Assembly (NCBI GenBank): GCA_017623855.1
Contig: JAGAOD010000057.1
Span: 922-64,921, forward strand
Direction: 5' to 3'
From: Clostridia bacterium
Lineage (GTDB): Bacteria > Bacillota > Clostridia > Oscillospirales > Acutalibacteraceae
DNA length: 64,000 nt
Positions 20,055 to 29,282 of the stretch are shown here, in pieces. The notes below the pieces were generated by a model that ran no database searches, had not been told where the DNA came from, and worked only from the letters and a program-made list of their open reading frames with translations. Numbering within the stretch: position 1 is the first letter of the stretch; each line of letters begins with the position of its first letter. A program made the position numbers and the translations under genes.

Positions 20055-20277
20055 TTATACCCAGCTGAAGCAGGAAAAATCCTTTGTGTAGTCCATTTCG
20101 TAAATCTCACAGTAGGCAATGTCCGCTTTGCCGGAATAGCGGCGAATGACACCGCCGTGTGCGGAAACGATGACCTTTTTATAGCCGAGGTCAACGTATT
20201 TGTCAAGCACGGGCTTTGTACGGGTGAGGATTTCCGGTATAGTCCGGTTCTCCGTGACGGATAAAGATCACTTTCAT
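20055..20277 (-). pseudogene. Histidine phosphatase family remnant with internal deletion and frameshift
   Basis: SD AAGGAG + MKVIFIRHGEPDYT (RHG motif), joined out of frame to ...KPVLDKYVDLGYKKVIVSAHGGVIRRYSG...FSWV*; 223 nt, not a multiple of 3. Confidence 0.8.
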
Positions 20278-20477
20278 AACAGTATACTCCTTTTTCGAAT
20301 ACAAAAGTATTGCGCAGCGGGAGCAAAAGCGCAAACTGTCCGCGACACAAAGACGATTGTTCGCAAAAATGAAAAAACTCTTTTCTTTTTTCGCGTATGC
20401 CTGTATAATGGTTTATATCTTTTTGAATGTACCGAAGAGCGCGGCTTTTCGTTCGATGTCGGAAGGGAAAGAGAAAA

Positions 20478-21257
20478 ATGAACTTGAAAAATACAAATGT
20501 GATCGTCGTCAAGGTGGGTACGTCCACGCTGACGCATGAGAACGGAAAAATGAATCTTCGTCTGGTTGAGCTTTTGTGCCGTGTTCTGAGTGACCTGCAG
20601 AACAGCGGCAAAAAGATCGTGCTCGTTTCCTCCGGCGCCGTCGGCGTCGGTATGGGCAAGATCGGTCTCGAGACCCGCCCGCGCGGCACGGCAAAGAAGC
20701 AGGCGCTTGCGGCGATCGGTCAGTGTGAGCTCATGTTCATCTACGACAAGTTCTTTGGCGAATACAATCAGAATGTCGCGCAGGTGCTTCTCACAGCGGA
20801 CGTCGTTTCCGAGGCGGAGAGAAGCCACAATGTTATCAATACATTCAACGAGCTTCTGGATATGAATATCATCCCGATCGTCAACGAAAACGATACGGTC
20901 GCCGTCGATGAGCTGAATTTCGGCGACAACGACACGCTGTCCGCGATCGTTGCGACACTCGTCGGCGCAGATGCCCTGATGATTCTCACCGATATTGACG
21001 GTGTGTACGACAGCAACCCGAAGACGAACCCGAATGCGAAGCGCATCCCGGTGATCCGTGGGATCAACGAGGAGATCCGCGCGATGGCGGGCGGTGCGGG
21101 ATCCAACCGCGGCACGGGCGGCATGGCGACAAAGATCCGTGCGGCGGAGATCGCAGCGGAGAAGCATATCCCCACATATATTTTAGCAGGCGACGATCCG
21201 GAAAACCTGTACCGTGTTTTCGACGGGCAGGACATCGGAACGGTATTTGAGGTTTAA
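20478..21257 (+). CDS. proB: Glutamate 5-kinase (short form, no PUA domain)
   Basis: VVKVGTSTL, VSSGAV, NENDTV, FGDND, GTGGMATK. Confidence 0.97.
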   Translation: MNLKNTNVIVVKVGTSTLTHENGKMNLRLVELLCRVLSDLQNSGKKIVLVSSGAVGVGMGKIGLETRPRGTAKKQALAAIGQCELMFIYDKFFGEYNQNVAQVLLTADVVSEAERSHNVINTFNELLDMNIIPIVNENDTVAVDELNFGDNDTLSAIVATLVGADALMILTDIDGVYDSNPKTNPNAKRIPVIRGINEEIRAMAGGAGSNRGTGGMATKIRAAEIAAEKHIPTYILAGDDPENLYRVFDGQDIGTVFEV

Positions 21258-21278
21258 CGCCGGAAAGGGAGAAGAGGT

Positions 21279-22520
21279 ATGACACAGCTTCAGAAAATGG
21301 GTGCTGCGGCAAAACAGGCTGCGGCGGTCCTGCGTACGGCGGGCGAAAAAAAGCGCGAGGCACTCCTCAAAGCGGCGGAGATCCTGCGCAATGAAACGGA
21401 AAAGATCCTTGCAGCCAATGCGATCGACGTGAAAGCCGCAAAGGAAAACGGCATGAGTGAGTCCCTGCTCGACCGTCTCACTCTTACGGCGGCGCGCGTT
21501 GAGGGCATGGCAAAGGGCATCGAGGATGTTGCCGCACTGCGTGACCCCGTGGGTCGTGTTCTGAGCGGAGAAACGAGACCGAATGGGCTGAGGATAGAAA
21601 AGATCACAGTGCCCATGGGCGTGATCGGCATTATTTATGAGGCGCGCCCGAATGTCACAAGCGATGCGGCAGCACTGTGCCTGATGGCGGGCAGTGCGGT
21701 CATTCTGCGCGGCGGCAAGGAAGCGTTCCATTCGAACATGGCGGTCACGGCGCTAATGCAGGAGGCCTGCGAGGCAGTCGGTCTGCCGAAAGAGAGTGTG
21801 CAGCTTGTGGAGGACACGAGCCGTGCGTCGAGCGTCGAAATGATGGGCATGACGGGCTATCTCGACCTGCTCATTCCGCGCGGCGGTGCGGGACTCATCC
21901 GCGCCGTAGTGGAAAACGCTAAGGTACCGGTCATCGAGACCGGCGTCGGCAACTGCCACGTCTATGTGGATAAGGATGCCGACCTTGAAATGGCGGCGGA
22001 GATCGTGTTTAACGGCAAGACCTCGCGTCCGTCCGTCTGCAATGCGGTGGAGACGCTGCTTGTACACAGAGAAGTCGCAGAAAAGGCGCTGCCGATGATC
22101 GCGGCGCGCCTAAATGAAAAGCATGTGGAGCTCAGAGGCGACAGTGAGACCTGCCGTATTTTGCCGGAGGCAAAGCCTGCAGAGGAAGCGGACTACGAGA
22201 CGGAGTTTCTCGACTATATTCTGGCGGTGCGTGTTGTGGACAGCGCAGAAGCTGCCGTCGGACACATTGCGCAGTATTCGAGCGGGCACAGTGAATGCAT
22301 CGTCACGAACAGCTTGAAGACCGCGGAGTATTTCACAGCCTGCGTCGATTCCGCAGCGGTCTATGTCAATGCGTCCACGCGGTTTACGGACGGCGGCGAG
22401 ATGGGTCTCGGCGCGGAGATCGGCATTTCCACGCAGAAGCTCCATGCACGCGGCCCGATGGGTCTCAATGAGATCGTTTCCTATAAATACATCGTTCGCG
22501 GCAGCGGACAGATCAGATAA
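21279..22520 (+). CDS. proA: Glutamate-5-semialdehyde dehydrogenase
   Basis: IYEARPNVT, SRPSVCNA.E, NASTRFTDGGE, ISTQKLHARGPMG. Confidence 0.98.
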   Translation: MTQLQKMGAAAKQAAAVLRTAGEKKREALLKAAEILRNETEKILAANAIDVKAAKENGMSESLLDRLTLTAARVEGMAKGIEDVAALRDPVGRVLSGETRPNGLRIEKITVPMGVIGIIYEARPNVTSDAAALCLMAGSAVILRGGKEAFHSNMAVTALMQEACEAVGLPKESVQLVEDTSRASSVEMMGMTGYLDLLIPRGGAGLIRAVVENAKVPVIETGVGNCHVYVDKDADLEMAAEIVFNGKTSRPSVCNAVETLLVHREVAEKALPMIAARLNEKHVELRGDSETCRILPEAKPAEEADYETEFLDYILAVRVVDSAEAAVGHIAQYSSGHSECIVTNSLKTAEYFTACVDSAAVYVNASTRFTDGGEMGLGAEIGISTQKLHARGPMGLNEIVSYKYIVRGSGQIR

Positions 22521-22803
22521 GTAAATACATCAGGGCGAAAAGCAGCTCGGTGTTGTTTCCTTCCGAGGAGAGCAGGATGAGAAGCGCTAAGATCAAGGTG
22601 CGTTCCTTATCCTTGAGGAGCACATCGAGCGGCGATGCTTTTTGAACGGCGGCTGCGGCGGGTGTCGTCTTTTGCTCGGCTTGGGGAGCCGCAGGTGCGG
22701 GCTCGGACGGGACGACCGCAGACGTGCGTGAACGGTTCTGCATTTCCCGTGCGCGGCGCAGGGCCTCGTTCACGGTTCGTGCATCGGGCATATTGCTTGG
22801 CAT
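22513..22803 (-). CDS. Hypothetical protein with hydrophobic C-terminal motif (putatively sporulation-associated)
   Basis: SD AAAGGCGG; C-terminus DKERTLILALLILLSSEG...LLFALMYLLI. Confidence 0.7.
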   Translation of the reverse strand: MPSNMPDARTVNEALRRAREMQNRSRTSAVVPSEPAPAAPQAEQKTTPAAAAVQKASPLDVLLKDKERTLILALLILLSSEGNNTELLFALMYLLI

Positions 22804-22819
22804 CGGATCCCGCCTTTCT

Positions 22820-23197
22820 TCAGAGTATATTTTGAAGCAGACCGCTTTCCTGAAGCAGCGGCAAAAGGTGCAGCAGCTTCAGAATGCGGCCTGCGTCATC
22901 CAGCTTTTTCTGCCGTGCTTCGCTGAGCAGCGGTCTGAGCGCGGAAAGCAGCCGCGTCGCATCATCCTCTTCGTTGGCTTTTGCGAGAAGCGGCGCCGCA
23001 CGCATGAGCATGGACAGCATGGGATCCGTATTCTGCGCCGCAGAAGCGGCGGGCAGAAGTGCCTGCAGGGGATTTGGCGTATTTGCAGACGCCGGCTGGG
23101 TATCGTTCAGCCCGAGAGACTGTGCTAAGCTTTGGATCTGCGCCATGCTCTGCGGATCCTGCAGCAGGTCGCGGATCGCAGCGGAAAGATCATCCAT
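22820..23197 (-). CDS. Hypothetical protein (putatively sporulation-associated)
   Basis: Strong SD AGGAGGAGG; DP.SM..I..LA and LL.ALRPLLSE.RQ.K.D.A motifs. Confidence 0.75.
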   Translation of the reverse strand: MDDLSAAIRDLLQDPQSMAQIQSLAQSLGLNDTQPASANTPNPLQALLPAASAAQNTDPMLSMLMRAAPLLAKANEEDDATRLLSALRPLLSEARQKKLDDAGRILKLLHLLPLLQESGLLQNIL

Positions 23198-23215
23198 GAT
23201 CCGCCCTCCTCCTTA

Positions 23216-23452
23216 TCATTTTATACCGCCGAGCGCGTCAAACAGCTTTTTGGCTGCCGGAGAAGACAGCATCTTTCTCGCGGCTTCGGGGTCGTTCAGT
23301 ACTTTTCTGATCTGCTCGGCCTGCGGAGAATTTGTTTGACCGGTCACGTGGCTGAGGTCGCCTTTTTCCGCGGCGGCGCGCAGCGCATCGGGCGTTGTAT
23401 TCAGGTGGTCAGCGGCTAATTTCAGCAGAGCCTGCAGTTGGGCTTCATTCAT
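23216..23452 (-). CDS. Small hypothetical protein (putatively sporulation-associated)
   Basis: ATG 23452 after SD GAGGAGG; MNEAQLQALLKLAA... Confidence 0.7.
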   Translation of the reverse strand: MNEAQLQALLKLAADHLNTTPDALRAAAEKGDLSHVTGQTNSPQAEQIRKVLNDPEAARKMLSSPAAKKLFDALGGIK

Positions 23453-23484
23453 TATTTTCGCCTCCTCGTATCGGGGTTCCCTAC

Positions 23485-23513
23485 AGAATATGCAAAAGAC
23501 GGGAAAACGATGC
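23485..23513 (-). promoter_or_regulatory. SigE-like promoter for the three-gene minus-strand operon
   Basis: Minus strand GCATC-N16-CATATTCT, resembling SigE ATa-N16/18-cATAcanT. Confidence 0.45.
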
Positions 23514-23546
23514 ACGGAGAGTACAGCAGAGGAACAGGGAGAAGCT

Positions 23547-24014
23547 ATGAAAATACTTGTTTTTTCGGATTCACACGGATCTCCGGCGTACATGCAGGAG
23601 ATGATCACGCGCAACCGTCGTGCCGATGCGGTCATTTTTCTCGGTGACGGGCAGCGTGACATTGAGCTGATGCGCAGCCTGTTTCCGGAGATCGCGTTTT
23701 ACACGGTGCGCGGCAACTGTGATTTCAACTCCGACGCGCCGATCCGCGATATCGTAAATCTGGACGGCGTTCGGATTTTTTACACGCACGGGCATTATTA
23801 CAACGTAAAAACCACCCTGTACAACGTTGTCTGCGCGGCGCGGGAGGAAAAGGCGGACATTGTGCTGTTCGGCCACACACATCAGGCGCTGTGCGATTAT
23901 GAAGACGGGCTGCATATTATGAACCCGGGCTCGGCATCGCACTATCTGCCCTCCTGCGGCATTATAGATATCCTGCCGTCCGGCATATTAACGAACATTG
24001 TGTACAGAAAATAA
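23547..24014 (+). CDS. YfcE/YsnB family metallophosphoesterase
   Basis: SDSHG, LGD, RGNCD, THGH, FGHTH, NPGS. Confidence 0.93.
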   Translation: MKILVFSDSHGSPAYMQEMITRNRRADAVIFLGDGQRDIELMRSLFPEIAFYTVRGNCDFNSDAPIRDIVNLDGVRIFYTHGHYYNVKTTLYNVVCAAREEKADIVLFGHTHQALCDYEDGLHIMNPGSASHYLPSCGIIDILPSGILTNIVYRK

Positions 24015-24134
24015 CAGAGTTCGAGGGATTTTATCATTGACATTGACGGGGTAAAATGGTACTCTTATTCTGTAGACTGTTGCGTGTACGCTTAGTTGCT
24101 TGCGCGTAAAAATAACGATTTGGAGGACATGACT

Positions 24135-25838
24135 ATGACCGAGTATGAAAGATGGCTTAGCGTCGAGCTCGACGATAAGGATCTGACCGAGGAGCTTCTC
24201 GCCGTTAAGGATCAGCCCGAAGAGATCAACGATCGCTTCTACAGAAATCTGGAATTTGGCACCGGCGGTCTGCGCGGCGTTATCGGCGCAGGCACCAACC
24301 GTATGAACGTTTATACCGTCAGAAAGGCTACACAGGGTCTTGCTGACTATCTGAATGCACATAACGAGGCAGGCAAGGCTCTGTCCGTTGCCATTGCTTA
24401 CGACAGCCGTAACAAGGGCGTTCTGTTTGCGAAGGAATCCGCAGCGGTTCTCGCAGCAAACGGCATCAAGGCGTATATTTACCCGCAGCTCATGCCGACA
24501 CCGGCACTGTCCTATGCGGTCCGTCATCTGAAGTGCGACGCCGGCATCTGCGTCACCGCAAGCCATAACCCGGCGAAGTACAACGGTTACAAGGCATACG
24601 GCAGCGACGGCTGCCAGGTCACCGCGGATATGGCAGACGGCATCATGGCTGCGATCGAAGCACTCGACATCTTCGCAGATGTCAAGAAGGTTCCGTTTGA
24701 AGAGGCTGTTGCAGCCGGTACCGTTGAGTACATCGGCGAAGACACCGTCAGCGCATTCATCGAGGACGTTTACAAGGAGAGCATCCTCGGCAAGCCGGCG
24801 GACAACCTGAAGCTCGTTTATACTCCGCTGAACGGCAGCGGCAAGATGTGCGTCCTGCGCATCCTCGATAAGATCGGCGTTAAGGATGTTACCGTTGTTC
24901 CGGAGCAGAGTGAGCCGGACGGTAACTTCCCGACCTGCCCGTATCCGAACCCGGAGATTCGCGAAGCACTGCAGAAGGGCCTTGAGCTCTGCGAAAAGGT
25001 AGAGCCGGACCTGCTTCTTGCAACAGACCCGGACTGCGACCGCGTCGGCATCGCTGTCAATCAGAACGGCAGCTATGTTCTGCTCACCGGTAACGAGGTC
25101 GGCATCCTGCTTCTCAACTACATTGCACAGTGCGCAACCGAGCGCGGCACCATGCCGAAGGATCCGGTTGCCGTTACGACCATCGTTTCCACGGACATGG
25201 TCAACGATATCGCAAAGGATTACGGCATTGAGATCCGCCGTGTTCTCACAGGCTTCAAGTACATCGGCGACCAGATCGCTCTGCTCGAGGCTGAGGGCCA
25301 TCCGGAGCGCTACCTGCTCGGCTTTGAGGAAAGCTACGGCTACCTCTCCGGCGGTTATGTACGCGACAAGGACGCCGTCAACGGCTCCATGCTGATCTGC
25401 GAGATGGCTTCCTACTACAAGACAAAGGGCATGACTCTTGTCGATGCGATCAACGAGCTGTATAACAAGTACGGCTTCTATAAGAACGATCTGATGAACT
25501 TCACCTTCGAGGGTGAGTCCGGCATGAAGCAGATGAACGCAATTCTCGACAATCTGCGCACCACACCGCCGACCGAGATCGCAGGCTATGCCGTTGTCGG
25601 CAACAGCGACTATAAGCTGTCCGTCTGCACTGAGGGCGATGTTAAGACCGAGATCACACTGCCGAAGTCCAATGTTCTCGAGTACCGTCTGGAGAACGGC
25701 AGCAAGCTCATCGTTCGTCCGTCCGGCACCGAGCCGAAGATCAAGATCTACCTCTCCGGCAAGGGCAAGACCGCAGAGGATTCCGCAGAGATCATCGAAA
25801 AGATGAAGGCTGCAGCAAACGGTCTCCTCGGCATGTAA
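24135..25838 (+). CDS. pgm: Phosphoglucomutase/phosphomannomutase
   Basis: FGTGGLRG, TASHNP, DPDCDR, FEESYG, RPSGTEPKIK. Confidence 0.95.
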   Translation: MTEYERWLSVELDDKDLTEELLAVKDQPEEINDRFYRNLEFGTGGLRGVIGAGTNRMNVYTVRKATQGLADYLNAHNEAGKALSVAIAYDSRNKGVLFAKESAAVLAANGIKAYIYPQLMPTPALSYAVRHLKCDAGICVTASHNPAKYNGYKAYGSDGCQVTADMADGIMAAIEALDIFADVKKVPFEEAVAAGTVEYIGEDTVSAFIEDVYKESILGKPADNLKLVYTPLNGSGKMCVLRILDKIGVKDVTVVPEQSEPDGNFPTCPYPNPEIREALQKGLELCEKVEPDLLLATDPDCDRVGIAVNQNGSYVLLTGNEVGILLLNYIAQCATERGTMPKDPVAVTTIVSTDMVNDIAKDYGIEIRRVLTGFKYIGDQIALLEAEGHPERYLLGFEESYGYLSGGYVRDKDAVNGSMLICEMASYYKTKGMTLVDAINELYNKYGFYKNDLMNFTFEGESGMKQMNAILDNLRTTPPTEIAGYAVVGNSDYKLSVCTEGDVKTEITLPKSNVLEYRLENGSKLIVRPSGTEPKIKIYLSGKGKTAEDSAEIIEKMKAAANGLLGM

Positions 25839-25851
25839 TTTCAAAATATCG

Positions 25852-25889
25852 AGGGGCATCACCGATTTTCGGTGATGCCCCGTTTTTTT
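25852..25889. terminator. Terminator between convergent pgm and methyltransferase
   Basis: GGGGCATCACCGA-TTT-TCGGTGATGCCCC-GTTTTTT. Confidence 0.8.
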
Positions 25890-26664
25890 ATGAGCAGATA
25901 AACATGCCGTATTCCTTCGGTACGTGCAGGATGCCGTCTTCAAGGTGCTTTGAAAGTGCCTCGGCGATCAGCGGTTTCGGCACGCTTTGCAGTGCGGTCA
26001 TGCTCGTCATGGAGTAAATATAGTCCACCATATCATTTATATCCGTCACAGCCAACGCGTCCGTGTATTCGAGCTTACGGACACTTTCAAAGGCGCGGCT
26101 TAAGATCTCTGTGCCGTTTTGCAGCGTGAAGTTCCGGTTCACGGTGTCTTTTACACCGTAGTCGGAGAGGACGCTTGCGAGATACTCAATGATCCCGTGC
26201 TCGCCGTAGGTGGCGCAGTAAAATATGCCGTCCGATTTCAGCACCCTGCGCACTTCGCGCAGGGCTTTGTCGATATCGGGCACATGATAGAGCATCATAT
26301 TTGCGATGACGACATCAAAAGTCCCGTTTTCATAGGGGATGTCCTGAATGTCGATGACACGGTATTCGGCGCCGCAGCTGCCGACGGTCTCAAAGGCGTA
26401 TTTCACCATGCCTTCCGAGAAGTCGGACAAAACGAATTTCCCGCAGGCGCGGATCGTGTCCGTTCTGTTTTTCCACATGTCCCCGGTGCCGCAGCCGAGC
26501 TCCAGAACCTTTGCCCCGTTATTGATCCAGTAATTTGAAAAGATCCAGTTTCCGAAGCCCTGCTTGTTCGTTGAATACTTTTCGTGGATGGATATCCGTG
26601 TGCTCAGATTCTGGTTTGTGGCGTATTGCTGACGGACGGCAGCTGTATCGTTCATTCTGTTCAT
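25888..26664 (-). CDS. Class I SAM-dependent methyltransferase
   Basis: VLELGCGTG, D.SEGM, FDVVIANMMLYHVPD. Confidence 0.9.
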   Translation of the reverse strand: MNRMNDTAAVRQQYATNQNLSTRISIHEKYSTNKQGFGNWIFSNYWINNGAKVLELGCGTGDMWKNRTDTIRACGKFVLSDFSEGMVKYAFETVGSCGAEYRVIDIQDIPYENGTFDVVIANMMLYHVPDIDKALREVRRVLKSDGIFYCATYGEHGIIEYLASVLSDYGVKDTVNRNFTLQNGTEILSRAFESVRKLEYTDALAVTDINDMVDYIYSMTSMTALQSVPKPLIAEALSKHLEDGILHVPKEYGMFICS

Positions 26665-26776
26665 GGTTTTCTCCTTTTTCTGTACAGCGGTATGTCTTCA
26701 GTATCATGCAGGGGAGCCGGGAAGTCAAGTGATTTCGTTTGAAAAGCCGGTCAAAACGCAGAAAAAAGAACGAAAC

Positions 26777-26838
26777 AGAAAATATGTTCGAAAATTTTCG
26801 GAAAATCCATTGCATTTTCCGAAAGGCTTTAGTATAAT
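26777..26838 (+). promoter_or_regulatory. recA promoter with upstream LexA (SOS) box-like site
   Basis: GAAA-ATAT-GTTC (26778-26789; Firmicute consensus GAAC-N4-GTTC, 1 mismatch); TTGCAT-N17-TATAAT at 26810-26838. Confidence 0.65.
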
Positions 26839-26897
26839 AGACTCAGTAAAAAATCGAGGCCCCGTGTGCTTTTTCGGGGAGAAACGAGGAATTATAG

Positions 26898-28058
26898 ATG
26901 GCAGCTGAAAAGACAAAAAAGACGAATGAAATGAAATCCGACGACAAGGTCAAGGCTCTTGAAACCGCATTGACACAGATCAAAAAGCAGTTCGGTGACG
27001 GCGCCGTTATGCGCCTCGGTCAGAACGACGGTATGCAGGTGGAAGCCATTTCCACGGGCTCCCTGTCCCTTGACATGGCACTCGGCATCGGCGGTCTGCC
27101 GCGCGGCAGAATCATCGAGATCTACGGACCGGAATCCTCCGGTAAGACAACACTGGCACTGCACTGTGTCGCAGAGGGTCAGAAGCTGGGCGGCAACGCG
27201 GCGTTCATCGACGTTGAGCATGCACTCGACCCGGTCTATGCGGCGGCACTCGGCGTAGATGTTGACTCCCTGCTCGTTTCCCAGCCGGACACCGGTGAGC
27301 AGGCACTGGAGATCACCGAAGCACTCGTTCGCTCCAACGCGATCGACGTCATCGTTGTGGACTCCGTCGCGGCACTTGTTCCGCGCGCGGAGATCGAGGG
27401 CGAAATGGGCGACAGCCATGTCGGTCTGCAGGCGAGACTGATGTCTCAGGCACTCAGAAAGCTTGCCGGCGCCATTTCCAAGTCCAACTGCGTAGCGATC
27501 TTTATCAACCAGCTTCGTGAAAAGGTTGGCGTTATGTACGGTAACCCCGAGGTCACACCGGGCGGCCGTGCACTGAAGTTCTACTCCTCCGTCCGTCTGG
27601 ACGTCAGAAAGAAGGAAGTCCTGAAGAGCGGCTCCGATGTGATCGGTTCCCGCACAAAGGTCAAGGTCGTAAAGAATAAGGTCGCACCGCCGTTCCGTGA
27701 GGTCGAGTTCGACATCATGTACGGTCAGGGCATCTCCCGCGTGGGCGATCTGCTGGATCTTGCCGACCGTCTGGACATCGTTCAGAAGAGCGGCGCATGG
27801 TTCTCCTATAACGGTACCCGCATCGGTCAGGGCCGCGACAACGCAAAGAACTTCCTGCGCGACAATCCGGAGATCTTCGACGAGGTCGCAGAGAAGGTTC
27901 GTGCAAATGCAGCAAAGCTGTACGCAAAGACCCCGAAGGGCGCAGAGACAAAGCCGGTCGCAACACCGGTGGTCATGCCGACCGCAGCCGCGGAAAAAGC
28001 ACCCACAAAGCAGTCCATCCGCGCAGAGATCGACATTACGGTCGATGATGACGAATGA
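26898..28058 (+). CDS. recA: Recombinase RecA
   Basis: [37 protein letters not shown]. Confidence 0.99.
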   Translation: MAAEKTKKTNEMKSDDKVKALETALTQIKKQFGDGAVMRLGQNDGMQVEAISTGSLSLDMALGIGGLPRGRIIEIYGPESSGKTTLALHCVAEGQKLGGNAAFIDVEHALDPVYAAALGVDVDSLLVSQPDTGEQALEITEALVRSNAIDVIVVDSVAALVPRAEIEGEMGDSHVGLQARLMSQALRKLAGAISKSNCVAIFINQLREKVGVMYGNPEVTPGGRALKFYSSVRLDVRKKEVLKSGSDVIGSRTKVKVVKNKVAPPFREVEFDIMYGQGISRVGDLLDLADRLDIVQKSGAWFSYNGTRIGQGRDNAKNFLRDNPEIFDEVAEKVRANAAKLYAKTPKGAETKPVATPVVMPTAAAEKAPTKQSIRAEIDITVDDDE

Positions 28059-28672
28059 TCATAACGGACGTGCAGCCGCGCCGCCACAGGCTCTCGCAGC
28101 TTTATATTGACGGCGAAGCTGCGGTTAAGGTCGATACGGAAACCTGGCTGCGAAGCGGATTGATGCCCGGCGTCGAAATAGACGACGAGCGGCTGCATCG
28201 GCTTTTGCAGGATTCCGCCGCGCATCGCGCGCATGAGAAAGCGCTGTACCTTTTGGAGCACCGCGCGCACTCGAAAAAAGAGCTGGAGCGAAAGATCGCC
28301 CGAGCGGAGTTCGATGTGGACGCCGCGAAGGCGGCAGCCGACCGCATGGAAGAGCTCGGGCTCATCGACGACGAGCAGTATGCCCGCCGTTTGACGCAGG
28401 AGCTTTTCACAAGAAAAAAGTTCGGCGTGCGCCGCGTGAAGCAGGAGCTGCGCGAAAAGGGCATTGCGGATGAGATCATCGCGCTCGTTTTGGAGGAGTT
28501 TTCCCCCGAAGAGGAGGAGACCGTTGAAAAGATCCGCGAGCTGATCGAGCGCAAATATCCCATGGCGCAGGAGGACGAAAAAGTTCGCCGCCGTGCGGTC
28601 GCCGCACTGCAAAGGTACGGCTACAGTATGGATGATATTTTTACGGTATTAAGAGAAGAGCCCTTCGATTGA
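28055..28672 (+). CDS. recX: Regulatory protein RecX
   Basis: HS..EL..K, GLIDD..YA, ..EL..KGI, L.RYGY; follows recA. Confidence 0.92.
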   Translation: MIITDVQPRRHRLSQLYIDGEAAVKVDTETWLRSGLMPGVEIDDERLHRLLQDSAAHRAHEKALYLLEHRAHSKKELERKIARAEFDVDAAKAAADRMEELGLIDDEQYARRLTQELFTRKKFGVRRVKQELREKGIADEIIALVLEEFSPEEEETVEKIRELIERKYPMAQEDEKVRRRAVAALQRYGYSMDDIFTVLREEPFD

Positions 28673-28703
28673 TCGAAGGGTTCTTCGGATTTATGGAGGT
28701 ATC

Positions 28704-29171
28704 ATGGAAACGGATATCAAGGCTTTGAATCAAATTATCACTGATTTTGAAAATAGCAGGGAAATCTCAGCAACGGAGCTCGATTTGCTGGAAACCGCCG
28801 TGTGTTCCGGTACATTGTACGGAATTAGCAAAAGCGGATATCCGCTTTTAGGTATGAGGGCTAAGACGAAGCTGTTTGAAAGTAATTTCTATTTACTGGA
28901 AGCTGTGCGTATCTTGGCTTTGAACGGCAGAATGAATCGTATGCAGATCATTATAGATAAGATAATTGAGGGTCTGCGCGGCAAATGTTTCGGTCGCTTT
29001 TGCGCTGTCGGTGAGTGTTATGAGACGTCGGTATGTGTTCTTCGATTTCTGCGTGCGGTTTCTCCTGCGGAAACCGAATGGATATCAAAAATGGAAGAGG
29101 GTATCATTCAGCACCGAAACGATAGAGTGAGGACGAAAGCTGTGCGGAGGTATATTGAGTCCGCACTATAA
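28704..29171 (+). CDS. Hypothetical protein, AT-richer than flanks
   Basis: SD GGAGG; CFGRFCAVGEC motif; codon usage differs from neighbours. Confidence 0.65.
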   Translation: METDIKALNQIITDFENSREISATELDLLETAVCSGTLYGISKSGYPLLGMRAKTKLFESNFYLLEAVRILALNGRMNRMQIIIDKIIEGLRGKCFGRFCAVGECYETSVCVLRFLRAVSPAETEWISKMEEGIIQHRNDRVRTKAVRRYIESAL

Positions 29172-29282
29172 GTGATGTAGATAAATTATGCATTTTCTGT
29201 AAACAGACGGCTTTTTGATTGAAAAGCCGTCTGTTTTCTGTTATGATAAAGTCAGTATATTATGCGAAAGGACGTTTTATAT

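Noticed and set aside
20290-20477. Possible T-box leader for proBA
   Set aside because: No T-box consensus or terminator; the -10 (TATAAT ~20404) is too close to the start codon.
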